In this document: in pieces, positions 10,155-20,770 of the stretch
How positions within the stretch are numbered: the stretch's first letter is position 1
How the letters are laid out: each line of letters opens with the position of its first letter
Source of the DNA: an uncultured delta proteobacterium
GTDB taxonomy: Bacteria > Myxococcota > B64-G9
Direction of reading: 5' to 3'
DNA: 64,000 nt
NCBI GenBank assembly: GCA_963754925.1
Contig: CAVWHX010000011.1
Location: forward strand, 64,001 to 128,000
Position numbers and translations under genes: made by a program
Notes under the pieces: model-generated
What the model saw: the letters and a program-made list of their open reading frames with translations, nothing else
Told to the model about the DNA's origin: nothing
Databases searched by the model: none

Positions 10155-12679
10155 ATGTATAAAATACTCACTCCACCAACATTCCCGGATAGTGAACGCA
10201 CCCGTAAGGCGCGGGTGTTTTTTAACCTTGTTGTGGGTTCTGCGCTTATCGTAACCGCAGCAGAAATAATTGAATGTATTGTATTGCCGCACAATATCCT
10301 TCGCTGGCTCTTTAATATCGGTATTTTTGACTTTCTAAGCGTCGGCTGGCTGTTTCTCAACAGAAAAGGATACACCAGGATTGCTTCTATCCTGTTAGTT
10401 GCTACGTGCATGTTATTGAGTTTTATACTGGCGTCGTCGGCTGGAGGCATCAGAGCGCCCGCCATTCAGAATATCCTTATCATTGTGTTAGCTGCCGGGT
10501 TGATACTTGGATGGAAACAAGGATTCTTAGCCGGTTTGGTTGCTATATTAGGTAGCTTGGGTTTTGTCTTAGCGGAGAATTGGGGTATTATGCCGGTGAG
10601 CACGGTTGCTCACAATTCATTAAGTCTATGGATAAATTTTGTCATATGTATCGGTTTGCTTGCTTTGTTGCAATACTTATCTGTGGCGAACCTGGATAAA
10701 GCGCTTCATGAAGCGCAACAAGAGCTCCGCCTTCGTACGCAGGTGGAAGAGACGCTGCGCGAGAGCGAGCGAAAATTCCGCAATCTTTTCGATAATGCGA
10801 TAGAGGGAGTATTTCATACAACATCCGATGGTCGATTAATCAGTGTGAATAGAGCGCTTGCCAAGATGCTGGGTTACGAATCCCCGGAAAAAGCAATCAC
10901 AGCAGTTACTGATATCGCCCGTCAATTGTATGCAAATGCAAATGACAGAAACATTGCCATCGGCATTCTGAAAGAAAACGGATTTCTTAAAGAATTCGAG
11001 ACCCAAATGCGAAAGCAGAACGGGGGAGTTGCTTGGGTTTCCATCAATGCCCGATTGAATAAATCCCCGGACGGCAATACCAGTTTTGAGGGTTTTATTA
11101 CCGACATCACCAAGCGCAAGCAGGTGGAGGAAACGCTGCGAGCCAGCGAGGAGCGCTTCCGGCGCATGTTCGAGCATTCGGCATTGGGCATGGTACTGGT
11201 CTCGCCCGACCTTTGTTTTCTCCAGGCCAACCAAGCGTTTAGCAAAATGCTGGGTTACACCGAATCGGAGTTACAGGAAAAAACATTCCAGGACGTGACC
11301 CTCCCGGAAGACCGATCGATTGGCAACGAACTAGTATACAAGGTTCTATCCGGTGAGCTGGAATCGTTTCACTTCGAAAAACGTTATGTGCGCAAGGATG
11401 GAACCGTGATTTGGGGACTTGTAAGCTCCACATTGATTCGGGACATCCAGGGTAAGCCGCTGCATTTCGTCACCCAAATACAAAACATCAACGAGCGCAA
11501 ACGGGCGGAAGAAGAGAGAGCAAAACTCCAGGACCAGCTGATCCAATCCCAGAAGATGGAATCGGTGGGCCGGCTGGCCGGCGGCGTGGCCCACGATTTC
11601 AACAACATGCTCAGCGTCATCCTCGGCTACACAGAGCTGGCCCTGAACCAAGTGGACCCGGATAATCCGCTCTTTGCCGAATTGCACGAAATCCGGGAAG
11701 CCGCCGGGCGCTCCGCCGAATCTGACTCGGCAGCTGCTGGCCTTTGCGCGCAAGCAGACCATAGCGCCCCGAGTGCTCGACCTGAAAGCAACCGTGGAAG
11801 GCATACTCAAGATGCTCCGGCGGCTCATCGGCGAGGATATCGACCTTGTCTGGCTGCCCAGCACGGAGTCGTGGCCGGTCAACATGGACCATTCCCAGAT
11901 CGACCAGATTCTGGCCAACCTGTGCGTCAATGCCCGGGACGCCATCGCAGGGAACGGCACGATCACGATCGAGACCGGCATGATAACCCTTGACAAGGCC
12001 TACTGCGCCGACCACCCGGACGCTACCCCAGGCGATTATGTGATGCTGGCGGTCAGTGACGACGGTCGCGGCATGGACAAGGAGACCCTGGACAAGATCT
12101 TCGAGCCGTTTTTCACCACCAAAGGAATTGGTCGGGGCACCGGCCTCGGGCTGGCGACGGTCTACGGCATCGTCAAGCAGAACAACGGCTTCATCAACGT
12201 CTTTAGCGAACCGGATCACGGGCACGACCTTCAAGATCTATCTACCCCGGCACACGGCCAAGACTGACCAGATGCGGAAAGTAAGACCAGCCGCTTCGGT
12301 TGCGCGGGGCCACGGAACCATTCTCCTGGTGGAAGACGAGCCCGCGATTCTGAAAGTGACGAGTAAAATGCTGGAGAGTTTCGGCTTCCAGGTGCTGGCC
12401 GTCCAGACGCCGAGCGATGCCATCCGCGTGGCCAAGGAACACGCCGGCGAAATCCGCTTGCTCATATCCGACGTGGTCATGCCCGAGATGAACGGCCTCG
12501 ATCTGGCGAAAAATTTAGCCTCTCTTTACCCGGAAATCAGACACTTGTTCATGTCAGGCTATATCGGCGATGTCATCGCCCACCATCACGTGCTGGACGA
12601 GGGTGTCAATTTCATTCAAAAACCGTTTTCAATGGAAGCCCTGTCCGCCAAAGTCCGTGAGGCCCTTGATAGCAACTAG
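10155..12679 (+). pseudogene. Membrane PAS-PAS hybrid histidine kinase/receiver, split by two frameshifts (~11718, ~12221)
   Basis: TM region, two PAS domains, GGVAHDFNN; HATPase in ORF 11674-12267; REC in ORF 12056-12679; frameshifts may be sequencing indels. Confidence 0.85.
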
Positions 12680-12759
12680 GATGAAGAACAATGGGAATGT
12701 CTTGCTGTACTACATGACAAATCGTTTCAGCGTACCAACAGTTGCGCGCTCCCCCCGAT

Positions 12760-13350
12760 CTACCGTCGCTTGTCTCCTCGGCGGGGCGGGGGCTCGGGAG
12801 CGCCCGAGGCGGTTGACAGGGGTCCACCCGACTCGCGGATCTTCCACTCCTCCCAGAGATTCAGGATCAGTGAAACATCTTGGCTCTTAACCTCCTTGCC
12901 CAGGTGGGGGAACTCTCCGGTCATGGCGCCATAGAAGACATGGTAGCGTTCGGGCGTAAAATAACGCAGCAAGGTCTCCCGTCCGTGACTATCCACATCC
13001 AAAAACTCGATTCCCATCCCGGACAGATACTCGCCATGATCCAGCGGGATGGCGTGGGCAACCTGTCCACGGATAGCCAACGACTCGGTCGGGAGCTTGA
13101 GCTCAACCCACAGTTCCAGGCCCGCCTGCAGCAGGAAGGTGCTCTCCACGAACACCCCCCCCAGCCCAAGGTTGCGAGACATGGTGAAGGCCTGGAACTT
13201 CAGACCGCCCTTTTTTGCGTCTTCTGGAATGAATAGTCGGCAGGGAAGATCGATATCGATCCGTTCGTACCGCCGTTTCCTGATCGGGCATGCGCGTTTC
13301 CTCCTCGAGATGGGTTCCTTCGTCAAACCTTCGCTCCCTTGGTTCATCAC
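12760..13350 (-). CDS. PilZ domain protein
   Basis: RRYER and NLGLGG motifs, GMGIEF; strong SD+ATG at 13291 in another frame suggests an N-terminal indel. Confidence 0.8.
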   Translation of the reverse strand: MMNQGSEGLTKEPISRRKRACPIRKRRYERIDIDLPCRLFIPEDAKKGGLKFQAFTMSRNLGLGGVFVESTFLLQAGLELWVELKLPTESLAIRGQVAHAIPLDHGEYLSGMGIEFLDVDSHGRETLLRYFTPERYHVFYGAMTGEFPHLGKEVKSQDVSLILNLWEEWKIRESGGPLSTASGAPEPPPRRGDKRR

Positions 13351-13417
13351 GGTGCTTACCCAAACGGGAGTTAGACTAACTCTGAAGTTACTCTCCAGTC
13401 AATGATCGAGAGAAATT

Positions 13418-13577
13418 GGTAGTGACTCAGTTTGAGGCTTACGGGTATTCGTCGAACGACACGCGACCGAAACATATTACCCGCTTAACAGTTCAGCATT
13501 CAAAGCGTAAATGGGACCTGGGTGTAGACGGTCGCCTGCCGAACACCCGTAAGCCTCTGGCAAACTGAGTTACTACC
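13418..13577. mobile_element. 160-bp MITE (copy A) with IS1-type TIRs and 8-bp TSD
   Basis: TIRs GGTAGTGACTCAGTTTG / CAAACTGAGTTACTACC; GAGAAATT duplicated at 13410-13417 and 13578-13585. Confidence 0.92.
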
Positions 13578-13952
13578 GAGAAATTCTGAAACGCCGCCAC
13601 CCGTTCCCGACCTTGGGAGAATTCCATATTTTGGGACCCGGCGGCCCCTTGACAGGAAGACTTTCAGGAATATTGTTACCGAGAAGCCGGTTCCACTTGA
13701 CGAAGGAGTGCACCCTCTGATATCGACGTAAAAATATTTTCTGCCGGCGCGATAAATGAAACGTAGGAGCGAGAGACGTGGTTAGGTGAGGGCGCGCATA
13801 GGGGAAAACAGCTTTTGGAATCTCTATCATTAAGGCGCAGCCCCAGTGGTTCGTACGGACCTCCCCCTAGGGGGGCGAGGTTTAATGCCCAGTCGATTGG
13901 AGCGTTGGGAGCAATATCCAGCGCCCCCGGCGCCATTCCCAGGGCACGAGAC

Positions 13953-15337
13953 ATGACCTCCGAACCCAGCCCGCAGGCTCAGGCTCTAACGCTCGCGGTC
14001 CTCCCCGGGGAAGCCCGCTTTCCGGGAACTCCGTTCGAAACCGACCTCGTCGATTCGATCATCGGCCTGGCCATCGCGGCGGGGCTCGCGGTGCTGGTGT
14101 GGGTCACCTTCGTGACCAATGCTTTCCTGCCCGTGCTCCAAGCCGCCGAGGGCCATCTCTGGGCAACCCTGATCCGGCGCCCGAGCGTGCTCTGGGCGGG
14201 CATGGGCACCATACTGCTCCTGCTGCGAACCGCCCTCTGGTTCCGCTACCGGCCCGCTCGGCCGGCCACCCTGGCCGACGCGCCCCCACTCAGCGTCATC
14301 ATCCCCGCCTACAACGAGGGGGCGATGGTGGCGGCCTCCATCGACTCGGTGGCGGCGGCGCACTATCCACACGACCGGCTCGAGATCTTCGTGGTGGACG
14401 ACGGGAGCCGCGACGATACCTGGCGCCACATTCAGCGCGCCGCCAAACGCCATCCGAAGCTCGTCACCGCCCTACGGCTGCCGCGCAACATGGGCAAGCG
14501 CCACGCGCTGGCCGAGGGCTTCCGGCGCGCTTCGGGGAGGTCCTCGTCACCATCGACTCCGACAGCGTGATCGAGCCCGGGGCCCTCCTGGCCCTCGCCG
14601 GCCCCTTTCGCGAAGCGCGCGTGGGCGCCGTGGCCGGAAAGGTCACGGTGCTGAACCGGCGCCACGGCCTCATCCCCCGCATGCTCGCCGTTCGCTTCAT
14701 CCTCTCCTTCGACTTCCTCCGCGCGGTCCAGTCGACCTACGGCACGGTCTACTGCTGTCCCGGCGCGCTGTCCGCCTACCGCGCCAGCGCCGTCCGCGCC
14801 CTGCTCGACCGCTGGCTGAACCAGACCTTCCTGGGATCTCGGTGCACCTACGGCGAGGACCGGGCGCTGACCAACCTGCTGCTCGAATCCCGCCTCGACA
14901 CCGTCTACCAGCGCACCGCGGTGGTGCGCACCGTCGTCCCCCACACCTACGGCAAGCTCTGCCGGATGTATTTGCGCTGGGATCGAAGCTACGTCCGGGA
15001 GGAGATCCGCTACGTGGGAATTGTTTGGCGCCGGCCGCCGCGCGTGCTGTTCCTCTCCCTCTTCGAAACCTTGGTCAACAACCTGCGCTTCCCGGTGTAC
15101 TTCTCCTCCCTGGCGTTCCTGGTGATGCTGGTAGCGGACCACCCCCAGGTGTTCGTGCGGTTGCTCTTCGCCATCGGCCTTTTCTCCTCCTTCAACATGC
15201 TGTACTACCTGCGCAGCGAGCGCTCGATCAACTTCTTCTACGGCATCCTCTACGCCTATCTGGCCCCGTTCACGCTGTTCTGGATCTTCCCGTACGCGCT
15301 GCTCACGGTGCGGGCCCGGGGTTGGTTGACCCGTTGA
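13953..15337 (+). pseudogene. Processive GT2 glycosyltransferase (HasA/NodC/IcaA-like), one frameshift ~14535
   Basis: IPAYNE, VDDGSRD, MGKR, IDSDS, CCPGALSAYR, GEDRALT, RMYLRW; flanking TM helices. Confidence 0.85.
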
Positions 15338-15454
15338 GAGGTGATTCCCAGAAGCTTCACGATAAAACTTGCCTCCAAGGGAATAGGTTGTTTATTCTCA
15401 CTAACCATATGCAGCACTCCTGACGGGGGGCCAACTAAGAAAGGAATTTTTCTA

Positions 15455-16288
15455 ATGAAAACTCTGATTCGACTTGCGGTGTTTGCCTCGATTCTTGCCG
15501 CGCCATTACTTGCCCGCGCCGATCAACCCGGCCGGCACCCGGCCTTCTTGCATGCGCTGAGCGACCTACGTCACGCGCGCGCCTACATTGAAAGGCCAGC
15601 CAGGCCCGAAATTCAGTGGGATGAGAATACCGCTATCGCAGCGATTGATAGAGCCATCAACGAGATCAAGCGGGCCGCGATCGACGACGGCAAAAACCTC
15701 AATGACCATCCCGGCCTCGATGCCAATCTGAATCACCGCGGCCGGCTGCAACACTCCCTCGAGTTGCTGCGCAAAGCCAAAAGAGACATCGAGGAGAGGG
15801 AAGACAACATGTTCGCCGAGGGCCTGAGGGATCGCGCGATCAGGCACATCGACACGGCGATCAATTTCGTCGAGCAGGCTATCGCTAACGCCCATGGCGA
15901 GCAACCCGGCCCCGGCATGCACCCGGCCTTCTTGCATGCGCTGACCGACTTACGTCACGCGCGCGCCTACCTGGAAAGGCCGGCCAGGCCAGATATTCAG
16001 TGGGACGAGAATACCGCTATTTCAGCGATTGATAGAGCCATCAACGAGATCAAGCGGGCCGCGATCGACGACGGCAAAAACCTCAATGACCATCCCGGCC
16101 TGGACGCCAATCTGAATCACCGCGGCCGGCTGCAACACTCCCTCGAGTTGCTGCGCAAAGCCAAAAGAGACATCGAGGAGAGGGAAGACAACATGTTCGC
16201 CGAGGGCCTGAGGGATCGCGCGATCAGGCACATCGACACGGCGATCAATTTCGTCGAGCAGGCTATCGCCAACGCCCACCGGAGATAG
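15455..16288 (+). CDS. Secreted helical protein with internal tandem domain duplication
   Basis: Signal peptide ending ARA; two near-identical ~120-aa domains beginning HPAFLHAL. Confidence 0.85.
   Translation: MKTLIRLAVFASILAAPLLARADQPGRHPAFLHALSDLRHARAYIERPARPEIQWDENTAIAAIDRAINEIKRAAIDDGKNLNDHPGLDANLNHRGRLQHSLELLRKAKRDIEEREDNMFAEGLRDRAIRHIDTAINFVEQAIANAHGEQPGPGMHPAFLHALTDLRHARAYLERPARPDIQWDENTAISAIDRAINEIKRAAIDDGKNLNDHPGLDANLNHRGRLQHSLELLRKAKRDIEEREDNMFAEGLRDRAIRHIDTAINFVEQAIANAHRR
15536..16279 (+). repeat. Two near-identical 360-bp direct repeats (15536-15895, 15920-16279)
   Basis: Direct comparison; period 384 bp; only a few substitutions. Confidence 0.95.
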
Positions 16289-16334
16289 TGTTGTTGCGCG
16301 ACTCCGATCTTGAGCGGAGAAAAGGGCAGCGCAG

Positions 16335-16853
16335 ATGAGTGATGAAACGAAAACGTGTCCGGTATGTGGGGAAACCATTAAGGCGGCGGCGATCAAGTGC
16401 CGGTTCTGCAATACCGATTTGGCCGCCTACTCGGCCGCGAAAGATGCCGAGACCGAGAAGCCCCTGTTCACCGGCCATCCGGCGGTCATCTACAACGTCT
16501 GGCAATGGGTGGCTGTGTTCTTTACGCTCGGCATCGCCTACCTCGTCTACTGGATCCGAAGCATCTCGACGACCTACCAGATAACCACGCAGCGCGTCAG
16601 AATCGAACGGGGCATCCTCTCCAAAACGAAAGAAAACGTCGAGTTGTTTCGGGTCGATCACTTCGACTTGCACAAACCGCTGGGAATGCGGCTTGTCGGT
16701 CACTGCCTCCTCCACCTGCGCTCGTCGGACACAAGCTTTGAGACGGTTATTATCCGCGCCATCCCGAATCTGGAGTCCCTGGCCGACACGTTGCGCGAAT
16801 GCTCGCTTCGCGAGCGTACCAGAAGGCGAGTAACCACGTTCGTCCAGGCGTGA
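16335..16853 (+). CDS. Zinc-ribbon plus bacterial PH-domain membrane protein
   Basis: CPVC..CRFC, one [17 protein letters not shown]. Confidence 0.8.
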   Translation: MSDETKTCPVCGETIKAAAIKCRFCNTDLAAYSAAKDAETEKPLFTGHPAVIYNVWQWVAVFFTLGIAYLVYWIRSISTTYQITTQRVRIERGILSKTKENVELFRVDHFDLHKPLGMRLVGHCLLHLRSSDTSFETVIIRAIPNLESLADTLRECSLRERTRRRVTTFVQA

Positions 16854-16974
16854 TAATATTCCCTCACCCCATCAAAAAAATCTAACCTATCGTGCTGTAT
16901 TGACAACTCCACCTATGTGCACAGATTTATTTATACATTCGGCAACCAGACCCGAATGAAACAGGAGGAAAGCC

Positions 16975-17049
16975 ATGAAAAAAATCACCCCATTTTTATG
17001 GTTCGATGGAAAAGCCGAAGAGGCGGCGAATCGCGCTTTCAGCATTTGA
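16975..17049 (+). pseudogene. N-terminal remnant of a PhnB/VOC-family gene
   Basis: AGGAGG SD, then MKKITPFLWFDGKAEEAAN, then early stop. Confidence 0.75.
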
Positions 17050-17096
17050 ACAGCTGGGAAACCAAAACAAGCACGAACAAAAGGAGGGACAAAAAA

Positions 17097-17909
17097 ATGA
17101 AAGCAAATTTCAAACTCGGCAAAAAGGCCGCCACGTATGACAAGCGCGACCTTCTGTTTGCGCAGTATCGAACCACAGAGGCGCTTCCCTCGCATCCGAA
17201 ACATTTCGGCCATGAGAAACTCGTCGGGGCGAATGCCTGGAAGATGCTCGGCAACGGCCCTGACAATACTGTTTCGAAGGGATTCAAAGGCGCGGGCGAT
17301 TGCGTCTTCGCGGGCGGAGATCACGAAACGATGTTGTGGACTTTGGAAGGCGGCACCCCGGCGAAATTTACCGGCGCCGACGCAATCAAGGATTACAGCG
17401 CCGTAACCGGCTACGACCCCAAGGCCCCTCTTGACGAAAATGGAAACAATCCCACCGACCAAGGAACCAATACTCGCGACGCGCTTAAATACCGGCAGAA
17501 CACCGGCTTGATAGACGCGGTGAGTAAGCGGCACAAAATCGGAGCCTACGTCGCCCTGGAGCTGGGCAACCTGGACCAGCTTCTCGATGCGCTTTATCTG
17601 TTCGGAGTCGTGGGTATCGGCATCAAGTTCCCGGATTCGGCGATGGATCGGTTCAATGCCGGAAAGCCGTGGAGCGTCGTGCCGGGCCCCGCTCCCATAG
17701 AAGGTCATTACATTCCCCTGGTTGCGTATCGCACGAACCTGGAATGCGTGACGTGGGGTCGCATTCAGCAGATGACGTCTCAGTTTTACAAGACCTACTG
17801 CGATGAAGCTTGGGCGATTCTCTCTCCGGAAATGCTCAAGGCGGGGAAGTCGCTTGAAGGCTTCGACCTCGCACAACTTCAGGCTGACCTGAAGGCACTC
17901 AATGGTTGA
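17097..17909 (+). CDS. Papain-like cysteine peptidase family hypothetical protein
   Basis: GDCVFAG, TDQGT, GHYIPLVAY, VTWG; AGGAGG SD. Confidence 0.65.
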   Translation: MKANFKLGKKAATYDKRDLLFAQYRTTEALPSHPKHFGHEKLVGANAWKMLGNGPDNTVSKGFKGAGDCVFAGGDHETMLWTLEGGTPAKFTGADAIKDYSAVTGYDPKAPLDENGNNPTDQGTNTRDALKYRQNTGLIDAVSKRHKIGAYVALELGNLDQLLDALYLFGVVGIGIKFPDSAMDRFNAGKPWSVVPGPAPIEGHYIPLVAYRTNLECVTWGRIQQMTSQFYKTYCDEAWAILSPEMLKAGKSLEGFDLAQLQADLKALNG

Positions 17910-17990
17910 GGGTTGTTGATACTTGCCGGACATGATGCCATGCCATTATTTTGGCGGTCGAACGGGTTTACGGGCGCAACAAATCCCGCA

Positions 17991-18098
17991 TCCCTGAGGT
18001 GCAGTGCCCTGTGGCGTGAACGAAGTGAACCTCGAAGAGAGCAAATAGAACATCTACCGCCTCCCTGATGCGCGAACGAAGTGAGCCTCGAAGGCGGC
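17991..18098. repeat. Two short REP-like direct repeats
   Basis: TCCCTGA..GCGYGAACGAAGTGARCCTCGAAG at ~17991-18037 and ~18062-18093. Confidence 0.6.
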
Positions 18099-18104
18099 GG
18101 CATA

Positions 18105-18175
18105 ATAGAAAAAAGTTGTTGTGAAAAGTTCATCAAGAGATTATGTCTTATTTCAAATAGTCCAACCGGGATCCA
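18105..18175 (+). repeat. AT-rich segment homologous to 10016-10087, just upstream of the cassette array
   Basis: Direct alignment by eye. Confidence 0.65.
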
Positions 18176-18315
18176 TAAGGGTACAAGATGGCGGGTAATA
18201 AAAACGCCGGATTAATCGTCATTGCATCGAGCCCCGAACGAATCCCTAGAATTGTCGTGTTAAGCGGAAACCATAGAATATTTTTTATGTGTCTTAGTCT
18301 TAGAGAGCGGTAGCC

Positions 18316-19626
18316 ATGACACTTGGTCTTCATCCTGAATGCATAGCTAGACTGCGCGCTTCGTTGGCGGAGCAGCTCTCACGCATGACGGTAAGCCACG
18401 GCATGCTCCTGACCCCAAAGACTTCGCTATATCTCTTGCTCGCCCAGGAAGTTCTGCCAAAGACTGGAAAAACCCATGCTACGCTCCAGAGGATCGTCAG
18501 TGAAACCCCGCTTACTGATTTTGTGATTGGACTGCTCGGGCGTGAACTCTATGAAGGACAAGAACCCCAGGTGGATGAAGGTCCAGTGCCACTGAATGCC
18601 TTACCCGTATACACCAATCTGGATGATGTCGCAAGCCGTTTGACGGATGCGTTTGAATCCTTGCCTTGGCGATACACTCTCTCAACGCCACTCCCAGAGC
18701 CATTTAGCAAAGTGTTCTGCCCGCACATCGGGAATTATAGGCTCTCTGATACCATCGCGATCGTTTCTTCAGATGATTTGTTGTCTCAGAACTATCCGTT
18801 GATTTCAGGCATCAAGAAGCGCGATCAGATGCTTTCTGGCGCGGGCTTCTTTTCCTTGCCCACTGGGAACGCTCCGACCTGGGAACCCAATATCGCTTAC
18901 CTGCAAATAACATTAGAAGGGTTCATTGGAAACTTATTCAATACCAATCCTGCACTTGAGGCTGTAAATTCACTTCGTGCTTTCTGCGGACTCGCCTTAG
19001 CACTTCAGCTACTTAAGCTAAGTCAGTCCTATCATCTAGTTTCGTTAAAAAGGAAGCTCCTCGTTCACAGGGAAGTCAACGGGAAATGGGTTGTCGAAAA
19101 TGTTCACGAACTCGAAACAAGGCACTCTGAGGCCATTCGAGATCTTGTCTTGCATGATCAAGACGGATCACTGTCCGATGATCAGAATCGCGTTCGCTGG
19201 ATGCAGCATTCACTTGATTATATCAGTACGGTATTTCGAGCTGGTGATAGAGCCAAGAATGTTCTTCTCGGTGCTCAATGGCTGTTTGAGAGCTACTGTG
19301 GTAACGATGAGCTTCTGCGGTTTGTGCAAGCAGCTGTGGTCGTTGAGATTCTGCTTGGTGATAAAGCATCCTCCGATCAGACAGGTCTCGGCGAACTTTT
19401 AGCAAATCGGTGTGCGTACCTAATTGCAGGATCGCACAGCCAACGCAATGAGATCCTTCGGGATTTTCGCGATATTTACGAAGTTAGATCAAAGATCGTT
19501 CATAGCGGAAAAAACCGTCTCGCTCTCGGAGAACGAACTCTCTTCGACAAGCTACTTTGGATGTGTAGGCGCATCATTCAAGAAGAAGCCGAGCTTTTGA
19601 AAAATGACAACTCAAAGGATACATAA
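18316..19626 (+). CDS. ApeA-like HEPN domain protein (predicted RNase), cassette gene
   Basis: C-terminal EILLG..LANRCAYLI..IYEVRSKIVHSG with RxxxxH; stop inside attC. Confidence 0.8.
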   Translation: MTLGLHPECIARLRASLAEQLSRMTVSHGMLLTPKTSLYLLLAQEVLPKTGKTHATLQRIVSETPLTDFVIGLLGRELYEGQEPQVDEGPVPLNALPVYTNLDDVASRLTDAFESLPWRYTLSTPLPEPFSKVFCPHIGNYRLSDTIAIVSSDDLLSQNYPLISGIKKRDQMLSGAGFFSLPTGNAPTWEPNIAYLQITLEGFIGNLFNTNPALEAVNSLRAFCGLALALQLLKLSQSYHLVSLKRKLLVHREVNGKWVVENVHELETRHSEAIRDLVLHDQDGSLSDDQNRVRWMQHSLDYISTVFRAGDRAKNVLLGAQWLFESYCGNDELLRFVQAAVVVEILLGDKASSDQTGLGELLANRCAYLIAGSHSQRNEILRDFRDIYEVRSKIVHSGKNRLALGERTLFDKLLWMCRRIIQEEAELLKNDNSKDT

Positions 19627-19679
19627 CCCTTCAATCGAGTGGACGGCCTAAAGGCCGCCGATCATTTAGAATGTTGGCT
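19621..19679 (+). other. attC-like integron recombination site 1
   Basis: ACATAAC..AATCGAG..GGACGGCC TAAA GGCCGCC..ATCATT..GTTGGCT; extrahelical C and A positions. Confidence 0.8.
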
Positions 19680-19687
19680 GTTATAAA

Positions 19688-20236
19688 ATGATGAAACTTG
19701 ATGATCCAAAGTGGCAAGAGCTTGATGGTGGGTACAAGATTCCTTATGACCCTAGGCCTGCCCTGCACAAGCTCGAACAAGGTGAAAATGTCTGGGACGA
19801 GCTTTGGGAGAATCTCCACCATCAAAGAGATGTCGGTGTGGCGTCCTATGCCGCTGTGCCTCAAATCGTACGAATCGGGCAGTCGTTGCCTGAACGCGAC
19901 TGGAATCTTTACGCATTGTTATCCATTATTGAAGTTGAACGGCACCGCAAGACGAACCCACCCATTCCTGAATGGTTGAAAGAAGAATATTACCAAGCTT
20001 GGCAAGAGCTGCTTCGGTTCGGGATTTCAGACATTCAGAAGACCTCAGATCCACTCTTTGTCCAAAGCATCTTAAGCATGCTTGCCCTCGCTCGAGGGAA
20101 TCTCAGGCTCGGTGCACTCATCGGCAATCTCGATACATCGGAACTTGATAAATTACTTGAAAACCAACAAGCTTGGTCTGAATTATACAATAGTCAAAAA
20201 GGCGCTCTACCAGACGCGGACAAGCCGCGCCAGTGA
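19688..20236 (+). CDS. Conserved hypothetical helical protein (cassette gene)
   Basis: LDDPKW..WDELWENLHHQ..ASYAAVP; C-terminus runs into attC 2. Confidence 0.8.
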   Translation: MMKLDDPKWQELDGGYKIPYDPRPALHKLEQGENVWDELWENLHHQRDVGVASYAAVPQIVRIGQSLPERDWNLYALLSIIEVERHRKTNPPIPEWLKEEYYQAWQELLRFGISDIQKTSDPLFVQSILSMLALARGNLRLGALIGNLDTSELDKLLENQQAWSELYNSQKGALPDADKPRQ

Positions 20237-20250
20237 GCTTTATGTTGAGC
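20192..20250 (+). other. Degenerate attC-like site 2
   Basis: AGTCAAA aaggc GCTC..GACGCGG acaag CCGCGC..GAGC tttat GTTGAGC. Confidence 0.7.
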
Positions 20251-20260
20251 TGGAAATTCA

Positions 20261-20742
20261 ATGGGAATACCTCCAGAGGTAATCGAGCTTGAAAATCGAA
20301 GCTTGGGTCGGCGTGGCGAGCCAACCTTAGCTCGGGCGTGCGAGTCGCTAATTCAGTGTTGGGATGCCGGGGACCGAGGGAGGGAGCTCGCATTCCATCT
20401 CATGTTCCTGTGCTGGTATCTCTTGTTTGAGCCACCCTATCTAACAGGTCTAGAACAGGATAATCCGATTTGCAAACGCCTCCAGCAAGTTTTAACGAAG
20501 TACATGACCATTTCAATACGACTCTTTCCGGGGATGCAGAAATGCTCTACATCGTCGGCCTCATGGCGCACCTGACACCATATCTGCTGGGGAACCTCGA
20601 TGTTTGGGAATCTCGGAGTAAGCGCTACCAACTGCTTTACCGAGAGTTAGCGCCAGAGGGAATTGATCCAAAAATCTTCGAAGGTCGCGGAGCGTACGGC
20701 GACTATTTTGCTGGCCAGGCTCGCGTTAAAGACCGGTATTAA
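20261..20742 (+). pseudogene. Hypothetical cassette protein, frameshift ~20490
   Basis: ORFs 20261-20575 and 20470-20742 join at a T-run. Confidence 0.6.
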
Positions 20743-20770
20743 TCATGCCAGAGAATTCTCTATAGAGAAT

